A stretch of DNA of 35,064 nt from an uncultured virus (IMG/VR IMGVR_UViG_3300013121_000021) (taxonomy: Duplodnaviria; Heunggongvirae; Uroviricota; Caudoviricetes): IMG/VR virus record IMGVR_UViG_3300013121_000021. One strand, 5' to 3'. Under the pieces are notes generated by a model. That model ran no database searches, was not told the DNA's origin, and was given only the letters and a program-made list of their open reading frames with translations. The position numbers and the translations under genes are program-made. This document shows, in pieces, positions 17,591-28,413 of this stretch. Every line of letters begins with the position of its first letter. Within the stretch, counting starts at the first letter, position 1.

Positions 17591-19228
17591 ATGAAAGAGA
17601 AAAATGCCGTTCAAAAAGAAATCAATGAAGGAATTGAAGAACTTAATGAACATTCTTTTTTAGATTCGGATTCTGATTTTTATGATGAAGATTTCGTATT
17701 TCCAAAAAAAGAAAATAATGTAGCATGGATTGTAGGGACATTAGCCAAAATATTTTCTAATAATCCTAGTTTTGCTAGTGCATATCAAAAAATCCTTCAT
17801 AACCTAGTTTTTCTACATAAACATAGATTTGAATCAAAAAATGAAATCAAAAAATTAATAAAATTTGCTCAAAATTTGAAAAATTGGATGGACACAAGTC
17901 CATATTTATCAAAAATGAGTTATAGAAGAATTTTATTAAAATTTATGGTTCTATATTTTCAATATGGGACTGTAAAGAAAATGCAAAGGGATTTCAAAAA
18001 AAGAACTAAAATAATCAATAGAGATTATTTAGTTCCTCTATATGGAAGAGAGTATTTTCATGGGGAGTTAATATTCAAACTTTTAACGTCAATCGATAAT
18101 CTTGGAGAAATCGATAATGAAAAGATTGCGAATTCTATTCATCGCAATGGAAGGAGGAATCATTTAATCCATGATATTATTCCGAAAAAGGTTGAAAAAA
18201 ATATTCGTCAATCAATTGCGAATTTCTATTCAATCTATGAATGGCATTCATCGATAAAAGAAAATGTCGGAATCATTCGATCATTAACATATAAATATTT
18301 AGAATCAAAAGGTACTAAATATGGGCTTCATGATATAAATTCTATCATTAATGTAGTAAAACTATTTCGTGAAAGATCTGATGACTACATTAAAAGAATG
18401 ACAACTCATGGGGTTAGTGTTCATGATTGTATGAGTTCCGAATGGTCAAAAATTGAAAAATTAACAGAGGATCAAATAGAATGGATTTTTAAAATAGATC
18501 CTTTACATGCGCAAAACGCATATACTATTTTAAATAAATGGGATCTCTTAACTGAAAAAGGATGGAATCATACAAAAAAGGATTCATATGATAATGCGAA
18601 TTTGATTCTTTCATTACTTACTTATAAGAATGTGAAAGATGAAAATTTTGCAAAGGAATCATCAAAATGGAAAATTGATGAGCAGCAATTCTATCTTAAT
18701 GAGAATTGGTGGATTGAATCTAGAAAAGATTTAACCTATCAATCAATTCCGGCTCCTGGAGGAATCAATGGAATAAAATTGGATGATTATAAAATTATCC
18801 AATTACATAAAGACGATGTAAGAGTCCCTTACATTGGTTATTATACAGGATGTTGCCAGCATTTGGGAGGATATGGAGCAACTTGTGCAAGACATTCAGT
18901 GAAATCCCCAGAAGGGGCAGTATGGGTAATAGAATTTAAAAATTCTATTATAGCTCAAGCCTGGGTTTGGAGAACGGCAGATATTCTATGTTTGGATAAT
19001 GTAGAAATTGGTCGTGTTGCTGAATGTAGAGAACATATTGAAAAAATAAAGGAACTAGTTATCCTAGCATGTAAAAATGTAAAGGATAAACTAGAGATAA
19101 GTACTATATATATTGGTACTGGTTATACTATGTTTCAACTTCCAGAATATGAGATTATCAACTTTGAGTTGAAACCAGATGATTATTATGGATATTCCGA
19201 TGCCTATCGGGCATGGAAAATCTTCTAA
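17591..19228 (+). CDS. 545-aa protein with C-terminal PcfJ/GNAT-like domain
   Basis: GYYTGCCQHLGG...C...AQAWVW...LDNVE...IGTGY...YSDA; GAGGAG RBS; terminator 19231-19257. Confidence 0.65.
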   Translation: MKEKNAVQKEINEGIEELNEHSFLDSDSDFYDEDFVFPKKENNVAWIVGTLAKIFSNNPSFASAYQKILHNLVFLHKHRFESKNEIKKLIKFAQNLKNWMDTSPYLSKMSYRRILLKFMVLYFQYGTVKKMQRDFKKRTKIINRDYLVPLYGREYFHGELIFKLLTSIDNLGEIDNEKIANSIHRNGRRNHLIHDIIPKKVEKNIRQSIANFYSIYEWHSSIKENVGIIRSLTYKYLESKGTKYGLHDINSIINVVKLFRERSDDYIKRMTTHGVSVHDCMSSEWSKIEKLTEDQIEWIFKIDPLHAQNAYTILNKWDLLTEKGWNHTKKDSYDNANLILSLLTYKNVKDENFAKESSKWKIDEQQFYLNENWWIESRKDLTYQSIPAPGGINGIKLDDYKIIQLHKDDVRVPYIGYYTGCCQHLGGYGATCARHSVKSPEGAVWVIEFKNSIIAQAWVWRTADILCLDNVEIGRVAECREHIEKIKELVILACKNVKDKLEISTIYIGTGYTMFQLPEYEIINFELKPDDYYGYSDAYRAWKIF

Positions 19229-19404
19229 AAAAAATTGACAAGGATGTCAATTTTTATTTTTTATTAATGCTTCAGCTATATTATCTCGAACTATTATTGT
19301 TTCATTAGGAACAAATAATTTTACAATATATCTTGCATGCTCCATCGTTTTTGGTCTTTGAAGCATTTTAGATAAAATTACTTGTGCGACTTCTTGACAT
19401 TCAG

Positions 19405-19731
19405 TCATAAAAAACTATCAATAACTTTCTGTTCAGCTTCTTCAAGTTTAGTTATTATTTCTATAAATATTGGCAAATCATCTTTATGGAGAGTTCTAAG
19501 TGACATAAACATAGGATAACCGTTTATTGTTCGTGGCAAAGCTTCACGTATATACTCATAAATTAATCCTACATCATTAAAAGATTCTCTATCTTCTGGT
19601 TCTATAAAAATAAGTGGCATAAATATAGATCTAAGTAATATAGGATCCTCTACCATCTCTGAATGAAAAACTAAATTATTTTTAATATCTTTTGCTAAAG
19701 TAAGTAACTCTTCAGTTGAAAGTCTATTCAT
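19405..19731 (-). CDS. Hypothetical phage protein
   Basis: IYEY...PRTINGYPMF motif; probable start MNRLS. Confidence 0.75.
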   Translation of the reverse strand: MNRLSTEELLTLAKDIKNNLVFHSEMVEDPILLRSIFMPLIFIEPEDRESFNDVGLIYEYIREALPRTINGYPMFMSLRTLHKDDLPIFIEIITKLEEAEQKVIDSFL

Positions 19732-19733
19732 TA

Positions 19734-19979
19734 TTAATCTTTTTCCATACATTCAATTTTATCAATCATAAATAATTTGACAATTTCATCTTGATTTTTA
19801 TATAACCAATCAAATAATATAGCTGAAGATACAATATCCCCATTTAATTTTAGTTTATCATAATTATTGGAATTATACCAATGTTGAAATTTAATATATA
19901 ATTCACATTTAATAGCATCTTCATATATAGTATGTGTAATACCATCTGATGTTTTCCAAGCATCTACTTTTTCAAGCAT
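19734..19979 (-). CDS. Hypothetical protein
   Basis: ORF, probable start MLEKV. Confidence 0.7.
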   Translation of the reverse strand: MLEKVDAWKTSDGITHTIYEDAIKCELYIKFQHWYNSNNYDKLKLNGDIVSSAILFDWLYKNQDEIVKLFMIDKIECMEKD

Positions 19980-20155
19980 TTTTGTCGACCATAATGTATT
20001 AAACGCCAATATTCAATACCGAAGTGTTCATTATCTGGATCTTGTCCAGTACATGCTTCGCCAGATTTAGCTCCACAAACCACACAATTATTTTCTTGAC
20101 CTTCACCTTTTTCTGAAATAGGTATAAGGTTGTAATTATTTTGATTTAAAGACAT
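19964..20155 (-). CDS. Small Zn-finger-like protein
   Basis: CVVCGAKSGEAC...H-x-x-R pattern. Confidence 0.65.
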   Translation of the reverse strand: MSLNQNNYNLIPISEKGEGQENNCVVCGAKSGEACTGQDPDNEHFGIEYWRLIHYGRQKCLKK

Positions 20156-20333
20156 TATTAACATTTTTTATTTGTTGTTTTAGTGCATCTTCCCATGCTA
20201 AACCTGCTTCTTGTTTAAATCTTTCAGGAGTCCAACCAGCATTAATTGCTTCCTCAACAGCTTCCCAAATTTGATCTTCAACTTTAGAAGGGTTAATAAT
20301 TTGAAAATTATGAGATATACCAAGTGGTTTCAT
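20136..20333 (-). CDS. Hypothetical protein
   Basis: ORF with ATGA coupling. Confidence 0.7.
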   Translation of the reverse strand: MKPLGISHNFQIINPSKVEDQIWEAVEEAINAGWTPERFKQEAGLAWEDALKQQIKNVNNVFKSK

Positions 20334-20683
20334 ATTGGATCTCTAGGAACTATTGCTGACGATCTAGGATCTTTATCATACCAAGCTTTACGTTGTTGTA
20401 CTGCTACATCGTAAGCATCCAGACAAGAATTTAAATATTGTGCAAGTATAAAATCGGATGTATTACTTGTATTCTTTTTTGATTGAGAGTTAATAATACG
20501 TCTTAACGTTTCTTCAAATTTGCTTTGATTATTATTTGTTATTGATACTTTCTGCGTTAACTCTTTAAAATTAAAATACATAGCTATCAAAAATGCTATT
20601 ATACTGAAACTAGTGATCAGTGTAATTCCTAAAATCATACTATCCTCATAAATTGAATCGATCAGAAACAAACCTTTCTCCAA
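20330..20683 (-). CDS. Hypothetical membrane-anchored protein
   Basis: N-terminal hydrophobic segment; SNT-x-DFILA-x-YL motif. Confidence 0.7.
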   Translation of the reverse strand: MEKGLFLIDSIYEDSMILGITLITSFSIIAFLIAMYFNFKELTQKVSITNNNQSKFEETLRRIINSQSKKNTSNTSDFILAQYLNSCLDAYDVAVQQRKAWYDKDPRSSAIVPRDPI

Positions 20684-20756
20684 TTAACTTATCATTACGC
20701 TCAATACTTTAGAGTAGTTTTAGTAGCTTCTCTCTTAGTTATTCTAGGTTTATTCC

Positions 20757-20936
20757 TTATCTAGGAAAACTTTGTAAAATTTCAGTACATTCTTTAATTT
20801 TATGTGGGCATTCTGTTGGCATACCTTCTTTAAATATTATACAACAATCAGAACAACACCAGGCACATAATCCTTTAGCAGCATCAAGTTCCCATTGATG
20901 AGTTTTTTCTGTTAAATTATCAATTATATCTTTCAC
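20757..20936 (-). CDS. Small Cys-rich protein (59 aa, GTG start, not in ORF track)
   Basis: CAWCCSDCC...CPH...C; GTGA overlap with upstream gene. Confidence 0.6.
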   Translation of the reverse strand: MKDIIDNLTEKTHQWELDAAKGLCAWCCSDCCIIFKEGMPTECPHKIKECTEILQSFPR

Positions 20937-21157
20937 ATATATCCTTCTTGTTTAAGTTTTTCTTCTATTAAACTTGCTGTTACTGGATCAAAACTTCTAT
21001 GTAATAAAGTATATAATTTAATTATAAGTTTTGAATTCTCATCACCTTCTACAGACTTCTCACCAATTAATTTACCATTATTTAATAAAACTGGTAATAT
21101 ACGTGATTTAAAATCAGCTAAACAATCAACCCATGGATGAATTTCATTATTTAACAT
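20933..21157 (-). CDS. Hypothetical protein
   Basis: ORF, probable start MLNNE. Confidence 0.65.
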   Translation of the reverse strand: MLNNEIHPWVDCLADFKSRILPVLLNNGKLIGEKSVEGDENSKLIIKLYTLLHRSFDPVTASLIEEKLKQEGYM

Positions 21158-21327
21158 AAAAGTGAAAGAATTGTTAATGTAGATAATAAACACATTATAA
21201 ACCCAGATATTGCTAATACTAATGGATGTGCATAAATGGTTCTATTGTCAAATATTAAAACTGTTTGTATTGCAAACCAAAATGCAAATATAGCTTGAAG
21301 AACTACGACACCTTCATGAATTGACAT
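21151..21327 (-). CDS. Small membrane protein
   Basis: Two hydrophobic segments; start moved to 21327 to avoid the tRNA-like RNA. Confidence 0.6.
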   Translation of the reverse strand: MSIHEGVVVLQAIFAFWFAIQTVLIFDNRTIYAHPLVLAISGFIMCLLSTLTILSLLC

Positions 21328-21348
21328 TTTTTCTAAAATAAATTTAAG

Positions 21349-21508
21349 GGTGGAACGGGCCGGATTGGTTACCGACTTGTGCCTGCTCTGCCAACCAGCA
21401 CTCATCATATATGTCATAACCAAGTATGTAACTTTCCTAGCAGTTCGTACTTATTACAGTTGGTGCCTCTCCCTCATACATGCACGTGTCTATCCACGTC
21501 GCCGCTCC
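21349..21508 (-). ncRNA. tRNA-like RNA (~160 nt) with a large insert replacing the anticodon arm
   Basis: Acceptor GGAGCGG/CCGTTCC-ACC; D-like arm ACGTG-GATAGA-CACGT; T-like arm GTCGG-TAACCAAT-CCGGC. Confidence 0.6.
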
Positions 21509-21539
21509 AAAAAAAATAAACATTGAAACTATATATTTT

Positions 21540-21770
21540 TATTAGCGCAATTTCGGCTGTCACTGCACCGTCTCATAACTCTCGGCGTATGAGCTTGCCG
21601 TTATATAGTTGAACGGTCAGATTAGACTATATAAATAATAATAATGTTTCTCTACAACATCGTTATTGTAGAAAACTACCTAACCGTTCAAATATATATA
21701 AAAAATGATAGGGGAATGATGGGACCTATATTAAATTAAAATCTCTTACGAGCTACCACTCCCCTATCAT
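21540..21770 (-). ncRNA. Candidate structured RNA(s) downstream of promoter 21771-21785
   Basis: Stems ATGATAGGGGA/TCCCCTATCAT (21705-21770), TTGAACGGT/ACCGTTCAA (21609-21691), CTCATA/TATGAG. Confidence 0.45.
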
Positions 21771-21792
21771 AATATTATATCTATATTAATTT

Positions 21793-23418
21793 TTATAAAA
21801 AATAATCGATATATTCTATTTTACTTTGGTCCAAATCATAGATCATTGGAATTAAAACTTGATATAAAAGAAAAAGTTCTATTTTTGAACTTTCATCTTT
21901 AATAAATGGACGAATATATTTTTCTAAAATCACTAATGTTGAATTTGTATATTTCAACATTTCTCTAAAATCACTAGTAAGTGATTTATAAATTCGGTTT
22001 AATAAAATATCACAATATTTTGAAATAACGGGATGGACTTTTATTTGATTTAATGTAATTAATGAACTTTGATAATGTATATGTAATAAATGTAAATATG
22101 GTTCAGAAATTACATGATGTCCTTGATATTTAGAATTTATATTTTTATAAGCTAACAAATAATTAGATTCTGAATTTTCATCTTCAATAAATTTTGTAAT
22201 ACATAAAATTTTAGGTTCTGTAAATAATAATTTATCATTTACATTGGTTTCTTTTTTATTAGTTCTAAAATCTGTATTAAATACATTTTGTATAAATGAT
22301 TCTTTATCTATATTTAATAGATATCTATACTTTTGAATAGTTACATTTAAACTATTCATCTCTATAAGTTTAGATGAATCTTCTACGAATTCAAATTGAA
22401 TATATGGAACATCAGGAGCTTTATCTTTAATTGATATAATATATTTTTTAAAATAATTATTTATACTTGTTCCATAATATCTTTTTAAATTAAGAGGATA
22501 TTCAAAAGAAATGTTATTAGATAACATTTTATTTGATCCTAATTTAATACCATATATAAAAATTAAAAATGTTAATATTTGTAAACTTATAGATTTATCA
22601 TAATTAGACATTTCCTTATCTTTAATAACTGCCGTTATATCTCTTGACGTAGCCATTAATTTAGAAAATGATTCTTGAGGATCTAATAATTCTATCATTT
22701 CTGCTATATTTTTAAAATGTAGAATACTAAATCCAGTTAACCCTAATTTTATTAAAGGTGTTAATCTAATCGTTGTATAGTTATTATTTTGTATTTCCTC
22801 ATAATATGAATCATTATCTTCTAAACATTTAATAATAAATCTATTAATAATTTTACTACTAGATAAATTCATTAAGATTTCTTCAATGTAATCTGCCGGT
22901 TTTAAAACAGTTGATTCTGCGGTTGGTTGATTAATAATTTCATTATTTGTTTCTAAAACCTTAACTTCTTTTGGTGAATTTTGTATAATAGTTTGAAGAG
23001 AAATTTTTATCCCTTCATAATTATTACAAAAAGGTTCAAAAAACGATTTTAAAATATTAATCTGAATAATATTTAAATATGAAGTAATTGTATCAATTTT
23101 AACTTCATATAATTGATTTACATCAAAGTTTGAGCTATTTGCCTGAATCAAATGATTTAGGATATAATATATTTCCAACGCGCGATGTTGAGATAAAAAA
23201 ATATTTACTAATAATGAAGTTGGGATTGTTTTTATTATCTGTTCATTATCAGGATTATCTTTTACTGTATTTTCAAAAATATTTATTAAATTAAGATTTG
23301 TAATTTGATAATAATTACATTCAATTTGTAATGATGTCCCTACAAAAATATATTTTAATTTTAATATAAAATAATATCCACTATAATTAATTAGTAGAAT
23401 CTTTACTGGGGTATTCAT
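21793..23418 (-). CDS. Hypothetical protein (541 aa)
   Basis: Long ORF, no recognised motif. Confidence 0.8.
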   Translation of the reverse strand: MNTPVKILLINYSGYYFILKLKYIFVGTSLQIECNYYQITNLNLINIFENTVKDNPDNEQIIKTIPTSLLVNIFLSQHRALEIYYILNHLIQANSSNFDVNQLYEVKIDTITSYLNIIQINILKSFFEPFCNNYEGIKISLQTIIQNSPKEVKVLETNNEIINQPTAESTVLKPADYIEEILMNLSSSKIINRFIIKCLEDNDSYYEEIQNNNYTTIRLTPLIKLGLTGFSILHFKNIAEMIELLDPQESFSKLMATSRDITAVIKDKEMSNYDKSISLQILTFLIFIYGIKLGSNKMLSNNISFEYPLNLKRYYGTSINNYFKKYIISIKDKAPDVPYIQFEFVEDSSKLIEMNSLNVTIQKYRYLLNIDKESFIQNVFNTDFRTNKKETNVNDKLLFTEPKILCITKFIEDENSESNYLLAYKNINSKYQGHHVISEPYLHLLHIHYQSSLITLNQIKVHPVISKYCDILLNRIYKSLTSDFREMLKYTNSTLVILEKYIRPFIKDESSKIELFLLYQVLIPMIYDLDQSKIEYIDYFL

Positions 23419-23737
23419 AAGGAATTAATTTATAATCATAATCATCGATATATCCAGTTTCCCAATCTCTTGATTCATTTACAATTATTAATTCGTATAC
23501 TCCATCTTTACATGTATTAAGATTAATAATCCTAGATATTACATCTTCAGCACCAATATTACCAATATCTTCCATTAAAAAATTATAACCTTTACTTAAT
23601 TTTTTTAAATAAGTAATTTCTTTTTTTAGAATAATTTTATTTCTAGAAGATATATAACTATTAGTATTTAATCTACAAATTACAATATTTTTTTCCTTTT
23701 TTTCTTCGGTTTCCAGGTTTTCAAATATATTACTCAT
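23387..23737 (-). CDS. Hypothetical phage protein
   Basis: DGVYEL...SRDWETGYIDDY motif. Confidence 0.8.
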   Translation of the reverse strand: MSNIFENLETEEKKEKNIVICRLNTNSYISSRNKIILKKEITYLKKLSKGYNFLMEDIGNIGAEDVISRIINLNTCKDGVYELIIVNESRDWETGYIDDYDYKLIPYEYPSKDSTN

Positions 23738-23753
23738 AAAAATAATCAGGTAA

Positions 23754-23797
23754 AAAACTAGCGGAATATATAATCCATTGAATATTCCGCTAGTTTT
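23754..23797. terminator. Long inverted repeat, likely terminator
   Basis: AAAAACTAGCGGAATAT ... ATATTCCGCTAGTTTTT. Confidence 0.75.
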
Positions 23798-23832
23798 TAT
23801 TTATTTAAAAGGTAAGGAGATGTTTTATTAAA

Positions 23833-24015
23833 TTAATCTGGTTTTTTATGTTTTGTTTTATGTTTATGGCTCCGTTTCTCGCAATTAGAACATTTATTTC
23901 CCGCTAATTCTGTTCCGCAATTGCTACATAATCTTTTATTAGATTCGATAGAGTTTGCTTTAAAGCGACTACCTCTATTATATTCTAAATATTGATTTGC
24001 GAGATTCTTAGCCAT
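23833..24015 (-). CDS. Small Zn-ribbon protein
   Basis: CSNCG...CSNC with basic tail. Confidence 0.65.
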   Translation of the reverse strand: MAKNLANQYLEYNRGSRFKANSIESNKRLCSNCGTELAGNKCSNCEKRSHKHKTKHKKPD

Positions 24016-24282
24016 ATTCTTTTTGTTTCACTACCATCCAAAAATAAAATAATTTTACACAATTGAATGAAAATTAATCCATTCATATAATTTATTTCTA
24101 TATGAAAAAATTGAAAACTTGGAAAATCGTATAATCATTTTGATTCTATTGATAAATAACACCAATTGGGTTTTTGATTTTTTGGTATAGATATAAATAA
24201 ACGAGAGTATAATAATGCTCTCAATTTTTTAACTGCAATCCTTTAATGGGTTGCAGGTTTTTTTACAATTTTTTTATTTTAA

Positions 24283-24804
24283 ATGGCAAGAGTAACAAGA
24301 TATAATCCTACTAAAGAAGAAGATACCACTTCAACAAATCCATTATTACAAGGAGAAATTGTTGAAAATATAGTTAATTCAGAACCTACACCTGAACCAG
24401 AACCAATTCCAGCTCCTGAACCTATTCCTGAACCTATTCCAGAACCTGCAATAGTAATTTCTCCAGAACCTATTCAAGAACAAAATAATATGGCCGCTGA
24501 TACTAAAAAAATTATTATTAAATTAGAAAAACCTGCTTATATTACTTTCATAATTCAAAATACTGGAGAAGTTTCTCCAAGAATTATTCATGATCAAAAA
24601 TTTGCGTTATCAAGAGGAACTGTTTATAAAGTTCCCGTTTCAGATTCAACATTAGATTTACAAACATCTTATGTAATTCGTCCAAAAGAAAAATTTGCAG
24701 ATTCAATTCGTATTTTAAATATTAAAGATGGACAAGTAACTATCGAACCATTAATCCATGGTGTGATTTTAAATAACGACGACTATATTGCAGATTTAAT
24801 CTAA
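24283..24804 (+). CDS. Hypothetical protein with PEP(I/E) repeat linker
   Basis: ORF with Pro-Glu repeats; promoter motif at 24186. Confidence 0.8.
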   Translation: MARVTRYNPTKEEDTTSTNPLLQGEIVENIVNSEPTPEPEPIPAPEPIPEPIPEPAIVISPEPIQEQNNMAADTKKIIIKLEKPAYITFIIQNTGEVSPRIIHDQKFALSRGTVYKVPVSDSTLDLQTSYVIRPKEKFADSIRILNIKDGQVTIEPLIHGVILNNDDYIADLI

Positions 24805-24821
24805 TATAAATTGAAACTATT

Positions 24822-25999
24822 ATGGAGTCAATTGATTTTGAAAAACTTCCAATTGTTTCGTCTCCAAAATTATTTTCTGATAAAAACTTTAAAATTCCAC
24901 ATCCAGAAGGAATATTAAGTGAACAAATATTTGGCCCGTTACAAAATTGGCGGTGTCAATGTGGAAAATATAGTACTAAGATATTATATGATAATTTAAG
25001 ATGTGATGCGTGTGGTGTATTATGTACTCATAACAGTATAAGATACACCACATTTGCTAAAATTATCTTATATTTTAAAGTTATAAAAAAACAAAAACTG
25101 CCTATCTTTCAAAAATGGTTAAAATCTAAAAAATTAATATTAGATCCATTACAACGAGATTTATATAGTAGTATCGGAATATATTTAAAATATGTTAACG
25201 ATGATACTATTGAAATATGTGATTATTATGATCCAAATAATGTAAATATAATACCTCTATCAATAACTGGAATTTTTACATTATATATTGGTTTATATTG
25301 TATAGCTAAAATATTCGATTGTAATAGAGCAAAAGAATTACTTAGTTATTTTACTGATGAAGTATTGGTAACACCTCCTTCTACAAGACCATCTATTATA
25401 ACAGATACTCTTGGAGTTAAAAAAGGTGTCACTTCAATTATTCATTCAGATTTAGATCAAGCATATGCAAAATTATTATCTACTAATCAATATAATCTTA
25501 AATATAAAGAATTAGCAGATGTTTCAAATTATTATAAAATGATTTTATCCAGTATTAATTTAAATACTGGGGTTGCTATTTGTGATGAAGAATTAAAATT
25601 ATTTGATGAAGTTAATAGCTTCTATCAATATTCATATAATCAAATATATGATATAGCTAGTAATATTTTAACTGGTAAAACTGGAATAATCAGATCTAGC
25701 TTTTTAGGTAAATCAGTAGATTTTAGTTCAAGATCTGTTATTATTAATGACCCATCATTACTAACTTATCAAATAAGAATTCCAAAAGCTACATTTATTA
25801 AATTATACTTTATTGAATATTTAAGATTTCTTCAAACTATAAAACAATCAGATTATAAAATATTAAGACAATTAATAAAAAATTCTGAAAATAATATCCA
25901 TAATTCGCAACTCGATCATTTAGATGATTTTATTGAGTATTTCTTTACTCAAACAGCTAGAAAAGATCGGTTACTTATAATGAATAGAGTACCGTCGCT
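24822..25999 (+). CDS. rpoC: RNA polymerase beta' subunit, exon 1 of 4 (spliced CDS 3072 nt, 1023 aa)
   Basis: GILSEQIFGP, CQCGK...CDACGV Zn finger, GKTGIIR...LGKSVDFSSRSVI, NRVPSL. Confidence 0.92.
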
Positions 26000-27160
26000 T
26001 AACTAATAAGGTGACGTTAAATTTCATTAATTGCTGGAAACCCCTTAGAGCTTTAATCGCTACAACGTAAGATAAAAATCTAAACGTGAATGCTTGAAAA
26101 GATTAAAGATTGGGCAATCAGCAGCCAAGCGGGTGTAAAATCCTGAAGGTTCAACGACTAGTGCTTAGCACGTAGGGTTTATTGGAATGTAAACCCGAAA
26201 AATGAAATAGTTAGTTCTAATTAATATATTCTTTTAACATACTTGTTTTGTATTTTTTATAATATGCCATTATATAAAATCGATGACATTATTAATAATT
26301 GGAAAATTATATCTATTTTAGGTCGAAATAAATATAATGCCCAATTATATGAGTGTGAATGTATATGTGAAAACAAAACGATTCGTCAAATTACAGAATA
26401 CACATTAAAAAAAGGTCGTAGTAAAAGTTGTGGTTGCTTACAAATAAATAAAAATAGTACTCGTTTACTAAATCAAATATTTGAAAATTTATTAGTTATA
26501 AGTCTTAATGGTAAAGACAATAATAATAGATTAGTATGGGATTGTGTTTGTATTTGTGGTAATACATGTAAAGCTACTACTGCTGATTTAATATCAGGGC
26601 ATGTTAAATCTTGTGGTCATTTAAAATATGAACCAAAAACATTAACTCATGGAATGAGTAAATCTCCAGAATACTATTGTTTTTATAAAATGAAGCAAAG
26701 ATGTTCTGATCCTAATCATCATCAATTTATAAATTATGGAGCCCGCGGTATATCCGTTTGCGAAAGATGGTTAGATGAAGAAAATGGATTTATAAATTTT
26801 ATACAGGATATGGGATTACGACCAAAACCCAATTATTCTATCGAACGATTAGATAATAATAAAGGTTATGAACCATCTAATTGTAAATGGGCAACTTCAA
26901 AAGAACAAAATAGAAATAATAGAAATGTAATTATTTCCTCAATGGATGAAGCGAATGAAATTCGTAGATTGTATTCCACTGGAAATTATACATATTCTGA
27001 TCTAGCTGACATTTTTGAATGTAGTCCTGATAATATTGGCATGATTGTAAGAAAACAATCATGGACATAATTACTTATTAGTGTATTTGAAAGAACTAAC
27101 TAAAGATATAGTCTATTCTTATGGGAAACCATAAGCGGTTTATGGATGAACAATATAAAG
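26000..27160 (+). mobile_element. Group I intron 1 in rpoC, carrying an HNH endonuclease
   Basis: P1 CGTCGCT/GGTGACG with U-G at the splice site; AATTGCTGGAAA, AATCAGCAG, GTTCAACGACTA, AAGATATAGTC core; terminal G; splicing restores NRVPSLWKH. Confidence 0.92.
26264..27070 (+). CDS. Intron-encoded HNH homing endonuclease
   Basis: Two CxC...KSCG modules, MKQRC...YGARGISVCERW, SIERLDNNKGYEPSNCKWAT; C-terminal HTH-like segment; ATG at 26264. Confidence 0.88.
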   Translation: MPLYKIDDIINNWKIISILGRNKYNAQLYECECICENKTIRQITEYTLKKGRSKSCGCLQINKNSTRLLNQIFENLLVISLNGKDNNNRLVWDCVCICGNTCKATTADLISGHVKSCGHLKYEPKTLTHGMSKSPEYYCFYKMKQRCSDPNHHQFINYGARGISVCERWLDEENGFINFIQDMGLRPKPNYSIERLDNNKGYEPSNCKWATSKEQNRNNRNVIISSMDEANEIRRLYSTGNYTYSDLADIFECSPDNIGMIVRKQSWT

Positions 27161-27266
27161 TTGGAAGCATTCTCTCCCCATTGTTGAAGTAGTTTCACCG
27201 TTACATGAAGAATTGGTTATTAGCATTTCTAGTCTAATAATTGAATCTATGAATGCGGATTTCGAT
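27161..27266 (+). CDS. rpoC: RNA polymerase beta' exon 2 (106 nt)
   Basis: Reads WKHSLPIVEVV...ESMNADFD in frame. Confidence 0.9.
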
Positions 27267-27578
27267 GTATAAAATTGTCGAATAAAAATTCTATTAATTG
27301 CTGGAAACTCCTTAGAGCCTATTTAACTACAAAGTAATCTGAAAAGATAAGCTTGAATGTTTGAAAATAAATAGGATTGGGCAATCAGCAGCCAAGCGGG
27401 TATAAAATCCTGAAGGTTCAACGACTAGTCGTAAGACGTAGCTAGAAGTGCCAGCTAGCGAAATGTAGAATTTTCAAAATTTAACATTTTGAAAAAAGAT
27501 ATAGTCTGATCTTATAGGAAACTATAAGCTGGGGTAATTTCCCGGGTAATGATTGGCATTCATTACTGAACATAATTG
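27267..27578 (+). mobile_element. Group I intron 2 in rpoC (312 nt, no ORF), inside NADFD/GD
   Basis: P1 TTCGAT/GTCGAA; same core motifs as intron 1; terminal G before GGT GAC. Confidence 0.92.
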
Positions 27579-28413
27579 GGTGACACAGTAAGTCTCTTCA
27601 GAGTACATTCTGAAGAAGGGAAAAGAGAACTTGAAAAGAATGCTTTCGTAGTACATACTCTACAATTTGATCATAATAATAATTATCAACATACTATTCT
27701 TGATGAAGCTGTATATGCTTTTCATACATTAGCATCTTGCAAAATAAATAATAATCTTTCTGGATTAAAAATTAATTCATTAGATGATTTACCATTTGAT
27801 TATAATATATTCCATAATTATTTAAATGCTCCAATTACTATTCATAATCATACATATTCATATGGATTATGTTTATTAAATAAAATAATTGGACTTAAAG
27901 AAATTCATGTAAATAATAAAACCAATCTGCAAAAATTATCTCAAATAATTCACAATTTATCTTCTGATAATTTTGATTATCATTATAGATTATGTGAATT
28001 AAATAGAAAATTAAATTGGTTAGTTTCAACTCATCCAGATAAAACGCTAACATTACCAATCAATGAGTCTTTGGAAATATTAGAAGCTAATCAAAATGAT
28101 AAAGTTTTAAATAATTTGCCTGAAAATCCATATATTGGAATGCATATTTATAATGCTAAATTAGATAATGTTTTTGAAAATATTAATGTAGAATCTAACT
28201 TATCTAGTTTATTGAAAGCTAAGAATAAAAAAGCCCAATTTTCCCGTTCTATATTGAGTATTGGGTATATTGCTGATGATAAAAATGTTGTAAATAGTAG
28301 ACCTATTAATTCTAATTTAATGGGTGGACTAAATGAAGATGATTTTTTCTTATCTTGTCAAGGTTCAAGAAAGGGTATAACGGATAAACACAAATTGACC
28401 CCTGCAAGTGGTT
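27579..28413 (+). CDS. rpoC: RNA polymerase beta' exon 3
   Basis: GDTV...GLNEDDFF...GSRKGITD...TPASG (bridge helix region). Confidence 0.9.

Noticed and set aside
21545..21600. Hammerhead ribozyme (minus strand TTATGAG ... CCGAAA)
   Set aside because: The CUGANGA core is absent and stems I/III are not found
21600..21635. Group I intron fragment (minus strand ATATAGTCTAATCT and GTTCAAC)
   Set aside because: Motifs are in the wrong order, with no P4/P6 core and no interrupted gene
24283..24804. dUTPase call for the PEP-repeat protein
   Set aside because: Only a vague beta-rich resemblance; none of the conserved dUTPase motifs are present
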